IMG/VR virus record: IMGVR_UViG_3300031555_005249 | Length of the DNA stretch: 64,000 nucleotides | Reading direction: 5' to 3' (one strand) | DNA from: a virus | Part shown: positions 10,557 to 20,551 of the stretch, one piece after another | How positions within the stretch are numbered: position 1 is the stretch's first letter | How the letters are laid out: each line of letters starts with the position of its first letter | The notes under the pieces: model-generated | Databases searched by the model: none | What the model was told of the DNA's origin: nothing | What the model saw: the letters and a program-made list of their open reading frames with translations, nothing else | Made by a program: the position numbers and the translations under genes

Positions 10557-13500
10557 TCTTCCATATCCTTTCTTTCATGAACTAGTTCCATATCGCGTCC
10601 GTTATTAAGCAATGATATTTTATAGATTTGGTGCGTCGGGGTATGCTTATAGGTCTTGGTTACGAACTGGTCACCACGTTTATAGCCAGTTAAAAGTAGC
10701 ATCGTTCCTCTCTTAAACCAGCCCTTTTCTGTTATCTTCTTAGATCCATCATCCTGAAGCTCCGACAATTGTTTCTTGTACTGCGCATAATATTCCTTCG
10801 TAAACTTAACAGTGACAACACCGCTTGGAGTTAATAGAGTAATAGATGCTTTATTATCATTTTTTGCGATTACAGTTCCGATAATCTTATGCGTTTTCCA
10901 AATCGGAATCTGTTGACCATTGCGCTTGAAATAGTAGTCAACCTCGGGCTCTTCTGGAAGCGCAAAGAAGTTTGAAATACCATACTTATAGGTGTCAACA
11001 TTTGCTAACTCATGCTCGTGATAATAGAAACATAGAGACTCCATTTCCCAAGAGGATAAAGATCCTTGAGCATATTTATTCCAAGTATCCATAAAGAGCT
11101 GTGTATTGAGTTGGCGCAAAACCTCACTCTGATTCTCCTTCAACCAATCACGGGCGCCATCCATCTGTTTCTGATAAATACCGTCCCAAGTCTTTTGTTG
11201 AATACAAGTTAATCCATTGATAACTTCAAGTTTTTCAATATCAAAGTGACCTTTATAGAATTTATCACAAGGTTCATCAAATACAAAGTATTTTCCAACT
11301 TTTGTATTTGCTTTGAGATATTTATTAAACTCAAAAACTCTGCGCTCAAAGTCAAGTGACTCTGGAACCAGACCACGCTGAATAAGTCCGTTAAAGTTCT
11401 GCAAAGTTAGTTTACTTTTAGGCTCACAAGCTTTTGATAAATAATATGCCATAGCTACGAAACGAGGATGGATATTTAACTCTTTACCCCATTCTGCTTC
11501 AAGCTTATCAAAGGCGCCCGCCTTGATAAGAGAAATCATCTGTGTTTTATTAAGAGGACAGCGCTCCATAAAATCGGCGATATTAGCATACGGTCTGCCG
11601 CAAATTATCTGCTCAATAACTTCGCTATTGATTCCGCTTAATGCTTTCATACCAAAGAGGATTTGATTATTTTCTACGTCAGGCTTAAAGCTGAATTGAG
11701 ATTTGTTTATATCAACTAAAGATACATTAATACCAGCGGAAATAATATCTCCTAAAGCACGAGCAAGTTTTGTATAATCAGTCTGTTTATCTTTTGCCTC
11801 TTCATCGTCATCTTCATTGTCATAGCCTTCAAGTGAGCCACTATTAACAATTAGATTTGCGGTATTCCAATAAATTGGATTCCATCTAGTCGCAGCATAC
11901 GCAGTCTGGAATCCTATAAATGAATAGGCTAGAGCATGGATTATGGAGAAGGAATAACCCATCTGGGGTCCAATTCCATGTTTCCATACATAGTGACCCA
12001 TGCATGGAGAGCTAGCCTGATCAAGAACTTGTTGTTGTAAAGCAGGAATCTTAGACATTTGCTTTTTTCCGACAATTTTTCTGGCGGCGTTGGCATCTGC
12101 AAGGCTAAACCCACAAATCTTGGGATCCATCAACATCTGCATCATCTGCTCCTGAGAAGGTGGAACACCGTGAGACTTTAAGAAGTAAGGTTTTAATACC
12201 TCTTGCTCCTCTTTGGTTAAGCCAAATTCATCCATTTCTTTATACCAAAGGTTAATATTATTCTTAAAACGAACATACTTTTCCATTGGGGTTTCCTGAC
12301 CTTTTTCATTTGTCATAAGGCGCATTAAACCATTGGCGTCCGCCAGCTCAAGGATACTTGATGGACGAATCTTTTTAGCCGCTTGGGCGCCCACATCTGA
12401 GTCAAACTGGAAAAGACCTAATACTGCAACATCTTGAATAGGTTTCCAATACTTTTCTTCTTCAATAGGAAGAACATTCGGATGAAAATATTTATCATAT
12501 ATCTGGCGCAAGGTCATATCTGACTCTAATTCGCCAGTCTCTTGCAGCATATTAATAGTCTCTACGAGTTTGTCTTGTACTTCTGTTACAAGGAAGTCAT
12601 ATTTCACCATTCCAAGTGCCTCACAAGTGTGAAGATCAAATTGCGTTATAACTTCACCTTTTGGAGTTCTCATGAATGCGCCAAACTCATATGGATCTTC
12701 ATCAAATAAAATTACTCCAGATGCGTGAGATGAGCGCTTGTTCTTAAGACCTTCAATCGAAGTCATAATTTCCAAAAGTCCAGGATAATGATTTACTTCT
12801 CGAACGAATGACGCTACTGGTTTACGATCTTTATCTGGGTTACCATTAACAACATCATTGATACTCCATAAGAAACCACGCTCTTGCGGAACAAGAGAAG
12901 TAAGATACTGCGCCATATCAACATCAATACCGTCCGGATATTCTTCACTACGATAGCCGCGGCAAGCGGTCAATATTGCGCTCTTTGTAGTTTCCGTACC
13001 AAAAGTTGCAATAAGAGTACAACCTAAGTTTGCGCGAGACAGTTCATCAATATCTGTATTAAACTTGGCTCCACGTTCTTCTTTAATTTTCTTAAGAATA
13101 TAGGGTCTTTTACTTGGACAAAGGTCTAAGTCGATATCACCGAGTTCTACTCTTTCCTTATTGAGGTAGCGCCAGAAGGGAAGATCCCACTCTATAGGAT
13201 CAAGCTGGGTAACTCCAAGGAGATAATGGTTTAGGCCTGAGCAGCTTGAACCACGACCGGCGCCAACCATAGAACCGCATTCCCAAAAGAGATCAATATA
13301 ATGCTGAAGAGTGACAGGATATGCAAACATATTTGTTTCCAATTTTTCACTAATCGTTCTCTTGATATCTGCTTCTTCTTCAAGTCTGTCGAGATATTGA
13401 GAAAATTCAACGATTAAATCATAACTGGTAGCTTTCTTTTTATTTGCCAAACTTTCAAAACATTGATTTACCCAATATCGTTCCACCTTATTTTCAGAAT

Positions 13501-14527
13501 TAAATAGACTATTCAAAGTAGGGTAATGTGTACCGATAAAATATTCATCGTCATTACCAGATTTTGTTAAATCAACTTGCGGATACTCTTTTACTTCAAC
13601 TTTAGGAATTCTTTGCTTATGTCGAATACTGTAATTTTCAATTTTATCATAGATAGATAAGCTATTTTCAAATAAATTGCTAATATAATTATCATCATTG
13701 AAAGATTTTCGTAAGTTTTCAAAAATCTCGTCTTCAGTTTGAAGATAAGAATATTCATAGAAGCTATCTACTTCTCTCTCGCCGCCTTTTGAATTAAGAT
13801 ACGCTTTATGAACATATCTATCCTTCTTTGAGAGATAATGTGCGTCGCTGCCAATTACCATTGGAATCTGCATTGCATCAGAGATTTGACGCAGCTTTTT
13901 ATTAACCACTATCTGATCTCTTGAAGCGGCGGGCGCGCACTCTAAATAAAAGTCGTTTCCAAAAAGATTCTTACACCAAGAGATAAAATCAATGATATGA
14001 TTATACTCTCGCTGTCTTGTATCCATATCAAACATAGCTTCTGCACTTACCATATTTGCGACTGCTGTTGATAATTCTCCGCCGAGACAAGCGGTTGTTG
14101 CTATAAGTGAATTTGGATATTTGTTTACAATTTCTTCGAGATCTGATTTAAGAGTTACTACTCTTTCCATGCCGCGATCCCAATAGCTATTGAGCCAAGC
14201 GCGCGATGATAACTCTCTTAATGCGCGCCATCCATTAAAATTTTTCGCCAATAAGATAAAATGCCAATATTTTTGTCCAGTTTCTCTAGTATTGCATAAA
14301 TAAATCTCGTTGCCTAAAATAACTTTAAAATCAGGATATTTTTTTTGAATTTCTTCTGCATAAAAATTAGCCTCTGGTAGTCCAGCTAAAGTTTCATGGT
14401 CTGTAATAGCAATTCCTTGAAGTCCTATTTCTACTGCCTTATCTATAAGACGTTGTACAGTGTTTACGCTATCTAACAATCTAATATTACTATAATCACT
14501 ATGAGTATGAATTTCACATCGTTTCAT
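10553..14527 (-). CDS. dnaE: DNA polymerase III alpha subunit (DnaE-type, N-terminal PHP domain)
   Basis: 1324 aa. PHP motif CEIHTHSDYSN, conserved polymerase core, no internal TAG. Confidence 0.85.
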   Translation of the reverse strand: MKRCEIHTHSDYSNIRLLDSVNTVQRLIDKAVEIGLQGIAITDHETLAGLPEANFYAEEIQKKYPDFKVILGNEIYLCNTRETGQKYWHFILLAKNFNGWRALRELSSRAWLNSYWDRGMERVVTLKSDLEEIVNKYPNSLIATTACLGGELSTAVANMVSAEAMFDMDTRQREYNHIIDFISWCKNLFGNDFYLECAPAASRDQIVVNKKLRQISDAMQIPMVIGSDAHYLSKKDRYVHKAYLNSKGGEREVDSFYEYSYLQTEDEIFENLRKSFNDDNYISNLFENSLSIYDKIENYSIRHKQRIPKVEVKEYPQVDLTKSGNDDEYFIGTHYPTLNSLFNSENKVERYWVNQCFESLANKKKATSYDLIVEFSQYLDRLEEEADIKRTISEKLETNMFAYPVTLQHYIDLFWECGSMVGAGRGSSCSGLNHYLLGVTQLDPIEWDLPFWRYLNKERVELGDIDLDLCPSKRPYILKKIKEERGAKFNTDIDELSRANLGCTLIATFGTETTKSAILTACRGYRSEEYPDGIDVDMAQYLTSLVPQERGFLWSINDVVNGNPDKDRKPVASFVREVNHYPGLLEIMTSIEGLKNKRSSHASGVILFDEDPYEFGAFMRTPKGEVITQFDLHTCEALGMVKYDFLVTEVQDKLVETINMLQETGELESDMTLRQIYDKYFHPNVLPIEEEKYWKPIQDVAVLGLFQFDSDVGAQAAKKIRPSSILELADANGLMRLMTNEKGQETPMEKYVRFKNNINLWYKEMDEFGLTKEEQEVLKPYFLKSHGVPPSQEQMMQMLMDPKICGFSLADANAARKIVGKKQMSKIPALQQQVLDQASSPCMGHYVWKHGIGPQMGYSFSIIHALAYSFIGFQTAYAATRWNPIYWNTANLIVNSGSLEGYDNEDDDEEAKDKQTDYTKLARALGDIISAGINVSLVDINKSQFSFKPDVENNQILFGMKALSGINSEVIEQIICGRPYANIADFMERCPLNKTQMISLIKAGAFDKLEAEWGKELNIHPRFVAMAYYLSKACEPKSKLTLQNFNGLIQRGLVPESLDFERRVFEFNKYLKANTKVGKYFVFDEPCDKFYKGHFDIEKLEVINGLTCIQQKTWDGIYQKQMDGARDWLKENQSEVLRQLNTQLFMDTWNKYAQGSLSSWEMESLCFYYHEHELANVDTYKYGISNFFALPEEPEVDYYFKRNGQQIPIWKTHKIIGTVIAKNDNKASITLLTPSGVVTVKFTKEYYAQYKKQLSELQDDGSKKITEKGWFKRGTMLLLTGYKRGDQFVTKTYKHTPTHQIYKISLLNNGRDMELVHERKDMEE

Positions 14528-14530
14528 TTT

Positions 14531-15418
14531 TTATTCTATATACCTCCAATAATATCCATATGCTTTTCTTTGCTTTCTGGCAGCTGCGCAAATATTACTT
14601 TTATCTTGTAATCCTAGAGCTCTAGCTGCATCTGCTCCAGAGTCATATTCAGCAATTATGCTATTATCTAACGTGAGTTGTTGAATTCTTTTCTTAGGGC
14701 GTCCACTAGATAACTTATTCTAATAAATTTGTACCCACTCTTGGATATCTCTTTCATCTGCTTTGTATTTCCAAAGAAAGCCGTAAGCACTTTTCTATTT
14801 CTAAGCACATACCTAACTAATTGCTGTTTGTTGAAAACCATTAGCCCTGCCGCACTCTGAGGCTGATTCCCATTCTTGGATAAAATATCCATTTAAATCA
14901 TACTGTAGTACAGGATAAGCACATCGTTTTGCTACTGCGCAACCAAATCTTGCGGCTATCTCTTCTCGTGAAATTCCTGCTCCTCTTAATCGAAGTCGGG
15001 CAGTTTTTTTTGAACAGCCTATTTTTTCAGCAATTTCTTTAATTAAAAGACCTTGATTCCAGCCATCAAGAAAAAGCTGAGTGGGATATAGAATCGCCCC
15101 TTGTCCTCCAAGAACTGCATTGTATCCATTATTAGGGTCGGTGCTGTCAAAATATTCTATATAATACATTTCTCGCTCAAATCTAATTTCATCAGGGCAT
15201 TTCTCTAGCGTTTCAATAATAAAATTTTGTTCTCCGTATTTTCGTATAGCACAAGAAATATGATAATAATATCCATGATCACCTTCTTTAGAATGAGCCC
15301 TTCTTATATGTTCCCTCCACCTTGTCTCAACCCCTCGAATAGTTTCTCCTATATAAACTTTATTGTTTATTTGGTTGGTAATTTTATAAATATAAGCCAT
15401 AAAATGCTCTCCTTTCAC
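14531..15418 (-). CDS. GIY-YIG homing endonuclease with NUMOD1/NUMOD3 C-terminal modules, 6 in-frame TAG
   Basis: N-terminus YIYKITNQINNKVYIGETIRGVETRWREH...E...N. The frame continues through the TAG at 14813 for about 95 more aa and ends in the NUMOD1 signature ...AARALG...GYYWRY. Confidence 0.8.
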
Positions 15419-15478
15419 TTTGTTCTTATATATATAAGAAAAAAGTGATAATAAAATTATTGAGATTTGACCTTAATT

Positions 15479-15655
15479 TTACTCTAAAGCATTTTCAATC
15501 TCGTTACATTTATCTTCTATTGCTTGAATAATAAGCGCCATTGCAGGAAAACTTAAACCCGCTCTATTCATATTATCTACAAATCTACAATCTTCACTTA
15601 TTAAAAATTCTCTTACCTCTTGAATTGTTTTTTTATCAATTAATGTGCTAAACAT
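15479..15655 (-). CDS. Small hypothetical protein (58 aa)
   Basis: ATG with AAAGGAG RBS directly downstream of a consensus promoter. Confidence 0.3.
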   Translation of the reverse strand: MFSTLIDKKTIQEVREFLISEDCRFVDNMNRAGLSFPAMALIIQAIEDKCNEIENALE

Positions 15656-15693
15656 ATTTATTATTCTCCTTTCGCATACTTTTATATATAATA

Positions 15694-15722
15694 ATTATAA
15701 CTTATTTTTTACAAAAAATCAA
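15694..15722 (-). promoter_or_regulatory. Consensus promoter TTGATT-17-TATAAT
   Basis: Member of the repeated promoter family; followed by the RBS of the 15479-15655 gene. Confidence 0.5.
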
Positions 15723-15747
15723 GCCGTATCACCTGATACGGCTTTTA
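15721..15747 (-). terminator. Hairpin terminator (aagccgtatcaggtgatacggctt + T-run) after gene 15748-15993
   Basis: Inverted repeat and T-run seen in sequence. Confidence 0.55.
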
Positions 15748-15993
15748 TCATTTTAAACCAAGCATACGACATATATCTAAATAACTTTCACTTACCTCAT
15801 AGGGCTCATTATCAGAATCAGCATTTATCCAAATTTCAGTGCCAGTTAGAATTTCACGACTTGGCCCAAATTGTTCGATATATGCCGTATTTAGCATTAT
15901 TTTATTTTGAGAATGAAAAAGAGTTACTTCAATAAACATATTATTTTTCCCTCCAAATATGAATTGGTAAATTGTTTTCACAAGGAAAGACAT
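15748..15993 (-). CDS. Hypothetical protein
   Basis: ORF track. Confidence 0.35.
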   Translation of the reverse strand: MSFLVKTIYQFIFGGKNNMFIEVTLFHSQNKIMLNTAYIEQFGPSREILTGTEIWINADSDNEPYEVSESYLDICRMLGLK

Positions 15994-16177
15994 TAATCAT
16001 CTTATGATCTTGACTGTAAGAACAATAAACATCAAAACCTCGTTTCTTCATTTGTCTTTCGATAATCTCTTCTTTAAGTAAGCCAATATGTGCATAGTTC
16101 TTAGCTCGCTGTTCTGCGATACATTTATCAAGATACTTAAAAGTTTCTTTTATTGCTTGTTCATATTTTTCTGTCAT
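15941..16177 (-). CDS. Hypothetical protein
   Basis: ORF track. Confidence 0.35.
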   Translation of the reverse strand: MTEKYEQAIKETFKYLDKCIAEQRAKNYAHIGLLKEEIIERQMKKRGFDVYCSYSQDHKMINVFPCENNLPIHIWREK

Positions 16178-16496
16178 TTATTTTCCATGCTCCTATTTCA
16201 AAGTTATTTAGATCTATTAGCGGCGGATCGCCAATGAAAGCGATTTTTATTGGCTTTTGAAGTTCGCTTACGCCAAGTATCCAAAGAGAATTGGGATCTA
16301 GCCTCTCTGGGTCGTAGTATACTTCTACAGGTATCTGTTTTTCTTTTATTTTTTGTCTGAATAAAAGATACAATTCTTCAAAAGATAGCTCTCTTACATC
16401 AGTCGTTGCTTTTATGTTCTCAATTAGATCGTGTAATTCTGCTTCTATATATGGTTTCATTGCTACCTCATTTCCGTTGATAATATTCTTCTTCAT
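16161..16496 (-). CDS. Hypothetical protein
   Basis: ORF track. Confidence 0.35.
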   Translation of the reverse strand: MKKNIINGNEVAMKPYIEAELHDLIENIKATTDVRELSFEELYLLFRQKIKEKQIPVEVYYDPERLDPNSLWILGVSELQKPIKIAFIGDPPLIDLNNFEIGAWKINDRKI

Positions 16497-17440
16497 TTTC
16501 TTTTGTTAATAGAAATCTTGAAGTTTCTAATTTTAAATCGTTTAGGTCATACTCTTGATCATATGGGATACGAATTAATGGAATATTATGTTCAAAACAA
16601 TATTTATTTTTAAGTAAATCGTTGTTGCGAGTTTCTTCAAAATGCTCTTTTGTATTCCAAGTATTTATAGTATCTTTGCGATATGAAAAATGTTGTTGTC
16701 CATCAAATTCAATAATATAAGAGTCTTCTATATAAAAATCAAATCTAGCCTTTGCACCAGAGGCTAACAAACAGTCTTTAAAACTCTTTTGGTTTGTAAA
16801 GCTAATATCGGCTTCTTGTAACATTTGTGTAATTTTTGTTTCATTATAGGATGCGCCTAAACAGCCGCAACTTTTTGTTTGCCCCACAGTTAAATAGCCA
16901 GAAGGAACTTCCGTATAGTTACCGCAATCACATAAGCATTTCCAAATTACATAAGATCCAATCCTTTTTTCAGTTGGTTCTAAAGCAGTTAATAAGCCAA
17001 ATTTTTGATTACTTAAATCAATAAAATGCCTAGGTTTACAAAATCCACAGCTTTTGGTGTCGCCAGCCGTAAGACTTGAGCCCATTACTATATGCGCCCT
17101 TCCACAAGAACATTTGCAATTCCAAAAGGCATGGCCACCTTCTGTTTTGGCTAAACTTAAAACTGTAAGTTCTCCAAAAGTTTGTCCTGTTAAATCTCGA
17201 ACTGGTCTTCCGCCACTTTTATTTTCGTGTTTAAGACAGCCACAAGATTTAGTATGATCTGATGTTAAATGGTTTTTAGACACCACTAATAAAGTCTTTG
17301 CTTCACATTGACATTCGCAGAGCCAAAAGACACCTTTTCTCCCTGTTGGATGCTCTACTCTATATAGCGCTTTTAAACGATTAAACTATTTACCAGAAAT
17401 ATTTTCAGCTTGCCCTATTGGAATTTGTTTGTACTCCATT
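16468..17440 (-). CDS. Putative homing-endonuclease-like protein: N-terminal repeated Zn-ribbon modules (LTxGxTKSCGC, 4 copies) plus a C-terminal Vsr/DUF559-like PD-(D/E)xK nuclease motif (FDFYIEDSYIIEFDGQQH), 1 in-frame TAG
   Basis: ATG at 17440 (MEYKQIPIG...) runs in frame through a TAG into the listed ORF 16468-17286. Confidence 0.5.
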
Positions 17441-17443
17441 TTT

Positions 17444-18631
17444 TTACTCCTTTATAATAACGACTTTTTCACTTCCTCTTGTGCAACAAGTATATAGCCA
17501 TTTTTTATGCTCTTCTTTATCAAATGGGAAACGTTCTTCAATAACTAGTACTTTATCCCATTCACTGCCTTGCGCGCGATGTCCAGTAATACTATAACCA
17601 TATGTGAATTCATAGGGAATCATATGCTTTGTCATTTTATTTCGAGAAAGTTTATAGATTTGTTGGGGGGTTAAACTTCCCTCTCCCATTATTATATAAT
17701 TTTTATCCATATTCAATTCATTAAACTTGTCCAAATTTTCCGAAAGGAAATTACAAGAAATAATTGGGATAGGAGGCACTCCTAAAATTTTTGGAGGATA
17801 AAAAGTTTGTTCATAAAAATCAGTGCAATATCCAATAGTGCCATTAATTAAAGCATTGCCTGATTCTGAAATTTCAGACCAATAATTTTTTAAACAGATT
17901 AATTTTTCATTTTTTTCTAATGGTTTTTCATAACCCAATAGTTCTCGGACTTGTGAGTTTAAAGCAATTCTAGTCTTATTAGTTGAGCATAGAATAATAT
18001 CTGCCCAAGTCAACATACCTGTATTCAATTCACTAGAAGGTAGAACCATGGCATCTTTTCCCTTAAAATTATCTATTCTTTCTCCATTTCGAATTTTTAA
18101 GCTCAATTGAATAATATCACTTTCTAAACTTTGACGCATAATGTCAGATAAAAAGATATGAGGTTTATCTAATAAATGATTGGCATTTGTTTTATCAATT
18201 GGAGGAAGTTGTCCTGGATCGCCGCAGAAAATAAGGTAAGCATTGTGAGAAAATAAAAGTGCTACCATATCTTGCGGCACCATAGAACATTCATCAATCA
18301 CAATAATACGATATTCTAATTCCGTTTTGGGGGAATGCACGAATTTGCCATTGGGTAGGGGGCGAGTATAATATAATAGCTTATGAAGGGTCATTGCATT
18401 TTTATTACCCTTTTTTTGAAGTACAGATGCCGCCTTTCCAGTAAAACTTGCGTATGCTACATCTTCTATTGTTAAACCAGATCCAGTATTCAAAAGCGCG
18501 GCTACTAAAAATTTAACTAGCGTTGACTTACCAGATCCAGCGTATCCCGAAATAACCGTATACTTTTCGCCTGCTTTATATCGCTGAAGTGCGATCGTAA
18601 GTCCAGTTAATTGCTGATCAGTTAGCACCAT
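17444..18631 (-). CDS. SF1 DNA helicase, Dda/RecD-like (AAA_30)
   Basis: Walker A GYAGSGKST, motif II VIDECSMV, and C-terminal RecD-like motifs. Confidence 0.75.
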   Translation of the reverse strand: MVLTDQQLTGLTIALQRYKAGEKYTVISGYAGSGKSTLVKFLVAALLNTGSGLTIEDVAYASFTGKAASVLQKKGNKNAMTLHKLLYYTRPLPNGKFVHSPKTELEYRIIVIDECSMVPQDMVALLFSHNAYLIFCGDPGQLPPIDKTNANHLLDKPHIFLSDIMRQSLESDIIQLSLKIRNGERIDNFKGKDAMVLPSSELNTGMLTWADIILCSTNKTRIALNSQVRELLGYEKPLEKNEKLICLKNYWSEISESGNALINGTIGYCTDFYEQTFYPPKILGVPPIPIISCNFLSENLDKFNELNMDKNYIIMGEGSLTPQQIYKLSRNKMTKHMIPYEFTYGYSITGHRAQGSEWDKVLVIEERFPFDKEEHKKWLYTCCTRGSEKVVIIKE

Positions 18632-19005
18632 GTGTCATTCACCACCTTGCTAATATTCTTTAACTTTTCCCAAAGCTTATCATTCTCTAGCTGTAAATCA
18701 TAGTTTCTATCTATTAAATCTGTATTGTCACTCTCTAGTATTTCATTTCTTTCTCGTATATGATCATTATAGTCTTTCAAGTCATCGATATCTGCTTTTA
18801 AGCTTTCAATTTCTTCCTCATACTCTTCTCGTTCATCAGTATAAAGTATAGTATGAGCTTCAACATCTTCCCACAGATCTTTCATTTCTGCTTCAAATAT
18901 ATTGCGTTCAAGAGGATTGCAATCAAGATTATTAAAGCCTTTTGCCTCATATAGCTGCTGCATTAAGTCTTTAATTATGCTTTTTACTTTTTCTTTATTT
19001 GCCAT
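18622..19005 (-). CDS. Hypothetical acidic coiled-coil protein
   Basis: ORF track. Confidence 0.35.
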   Translation of the reverse strand: MANKEKVKSIIKDLMQQLYEAKGFNNLDCNPLERNIFEAEMKDLWEDVEAHTILYTDEREEYEEEIESLKADIDDLKDYNDHIRERNEILESDNTDLIDRNYDLQLENDKLWEKLKNISKVVNDTWC

Positions 19006-19016
19006 TATATTTCTCC

Positions 19017-19244
19017 TTAAAATGTAAAACTAAAGCCTATAGACGAATCTGTTTTTTCCTTTCGTTCAATGCGTTCTTCTTGTTTACCGCAAAATCTGCA
19101 TCGAATTCCCACTCTATGATTTCCTTCTTCATCTTCGTAGCTACTACCATCTAACCACCATTGATGTGGACACATATCAGGGTGTTCAGATAGAAAGGCT
19201 TCCATAAAGGCTTCAACTCTAGCTACTCTTTCTTCTAAATACAT
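19017..19244 (-). CDS. Small Zn-ribbon protein
   Basis: CPHQ...CRFCG motif. Confidence 0.35.
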   Translation of the reverse strand: MYLEERVARVEAFMEAFLSEHPDMCPHQWWLDGSSYEDEEGNHRVGIRCRFCGKQEERIERKEKTDSSIGFSFTF

Positions 19245-19483
19245 TATTCTTCCTCCCTTTTTTCTTTTCCCATAAATCTGTATTTATCCAATACCTTAAT
19301 CCCATTAAAATTTTCAAAATGCATAAACATTTCTTCGACTTGTTTTCCGTCTTTATAAGTTCCACATATTCCACGCTCATTGGTGTATTGTATTTTACAC
19401 GCGCAATGCTTTTTTCCATCGTGAAAAAAGCAAGAGGTAGCAAAACAAATTGGTCTTGGATCCGTCTTTTTTATTTCTTTCAT
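19244..19483 (-). CDS. Small Cys-rich hypothetical protein
   Basis: ORF track. Confidence 0.3.
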   Translation of the reverse strand: MKEIKKTDPRPICFATSCFFHDGKKHCACKIQYTNERGICGTYKDGKQVEEMFMHFENFNGIKVLDKYRFMGKEKREEE

Positions 19484-19981
19484 TTACTCTTCCTCCAATT
19501 TTTTACCCATTCTCAACTTCATCAGTCTTCCGCAGAATTCCGATTGAGTCAATACTGTTCTGCTCTCATCATTTTTACCTATTGAGTGCGTTAAGATAGC
19601 GGGTTTAGATGCTTCAAGAGCTCGCCTAAATCCTTCGTTCTGGTATAGAGCGTTGTAAACTCTGTTTAGAAGAATCTGGTATTCCTCGCTATCTCTCTTG
19701 TATTCTACTCCCTGCCAGTAGAGAGTCTGATCTCTCCACCACTTCTTATCTTTACCCTTAAACTTTGCGGCCTTGCCTACCAGGGTGCAGACATGGCGCT
19801 GCATATCGGGTGATTTAAATTTTAATGACTGCAAGAACCCCTCCATTGATGCACATTCGACGCCGTCTATTACGAATGGGTGCGGCGCAAAGTTGCTCAA
19901 TGTGCAAGATGGGTATGCAGACCCGCTTCCTATATCCATTTTATTTTCCTCTTTTCTTATTCTTATAATATATTTTAACAT
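19484..19981 (-). CDS. NADAR-domain (YbiA-like, DUF1768) protein
   Basis: LSNFAPHPFVIDGVECASMEGFLQSLKF matches the YbiA/NADAR signature FSNF...F..DG..Y.S.E..FQA.KF. Confidence 0.65.
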   Translation of the reverse strand: MLKYIIRIRKEENKMDIGSGSAYPSCTLSNFAPHPFVIDGVECASMEGFLQSLKFKSPDMQRHVCTLVGKAAKFKGKDKKWWRDQTLYWQGVEYKRDSEEYQILLNRVYNALYQNEGFRRALEASKPAILTHSIGKNDESRTVLTQSEFCGRLMKLRMGKKLEEE

Positions 19982-20010
19982 AATTTTTATTAAAAATCAA
20001 AAGAGGATGA

Positions 20011-20235
20011 TTAATTATCCTCTGATGTCATTGTTGTTAGATAATATAATAATGTTGTTTTCCTTCCGCATTTAGGACATTGCCAAATTTCTTCACCATA
20101 TGCTAAAGAGTCTTTTCTCAGAGAAGTGTGCTGACAATTTTGAACCTTCTCTTGAATACACTTCATTCTAATTCTACATTTACAACAGTTAATTCCTGTA
20201 GTGCGAGGTAATTTTGTGCGTTTTAAATATTTCAT
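20011..20235 (-). CDS. Small Zn-finger protein
   Basis: CCKC...CPKCG motifs. Confidence 0.35.
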   Translation of the reverse strand: MKYLKRTKLPRTTGINCCKCRIRMKCIQEKVQNCQHTSLRKDSLAYGEEIWQCPKCGRKTTLLYYLTTMTSEDN

Positions 20236-20305
20236 ATTTTACTCCTAAAAATTCCAAAAGTCATTTTCATTTTAAATTTACGACCCAGTTCGTTCCAAGT
20301 ATTAG

Positions 20306-20551
20306 TTAAATGAAGATTAGCTCTCCCCCATAAGGACTGCACATGGGTTTTAATACACAGGTAATCCATTCTTCATTAATCTTTGTGTTTAATTCGCCAT
20401 CTACATAAATGGTGTTACATCTAGCACCAGGGCGCCCCATTAAGAGATAGCTTCGTGTACCTTTAATAATTGTAATTTTAGTGTTGTTGGTTAGAATAGT
20501 CTCTACCTTATTTTCTTTATCATCTAATAGAAAAAACATTATTCTTTTCAT
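20306..20551 (-). CDS. Hypothetical protein
   Basis: ORF track. Confidence 0.35.
   Translation of the reverse strand: MKRIMFFLLDDKENKVETILTNNTKITIIKGTRSYLLMGRPGARCNTIYVDGELNTKINEEWITCVLKPMCSPYGGELIFI

Noticed and set aside
14668-14892. Listed ORF 14668-14892 (74 aa)
   Set aside because: It is out of frame and overlaps the TAG-read-through C-terminal extension of the GIY-YIG HEG 14531-15418, which ends in a recognisable NUMOD1 motif.
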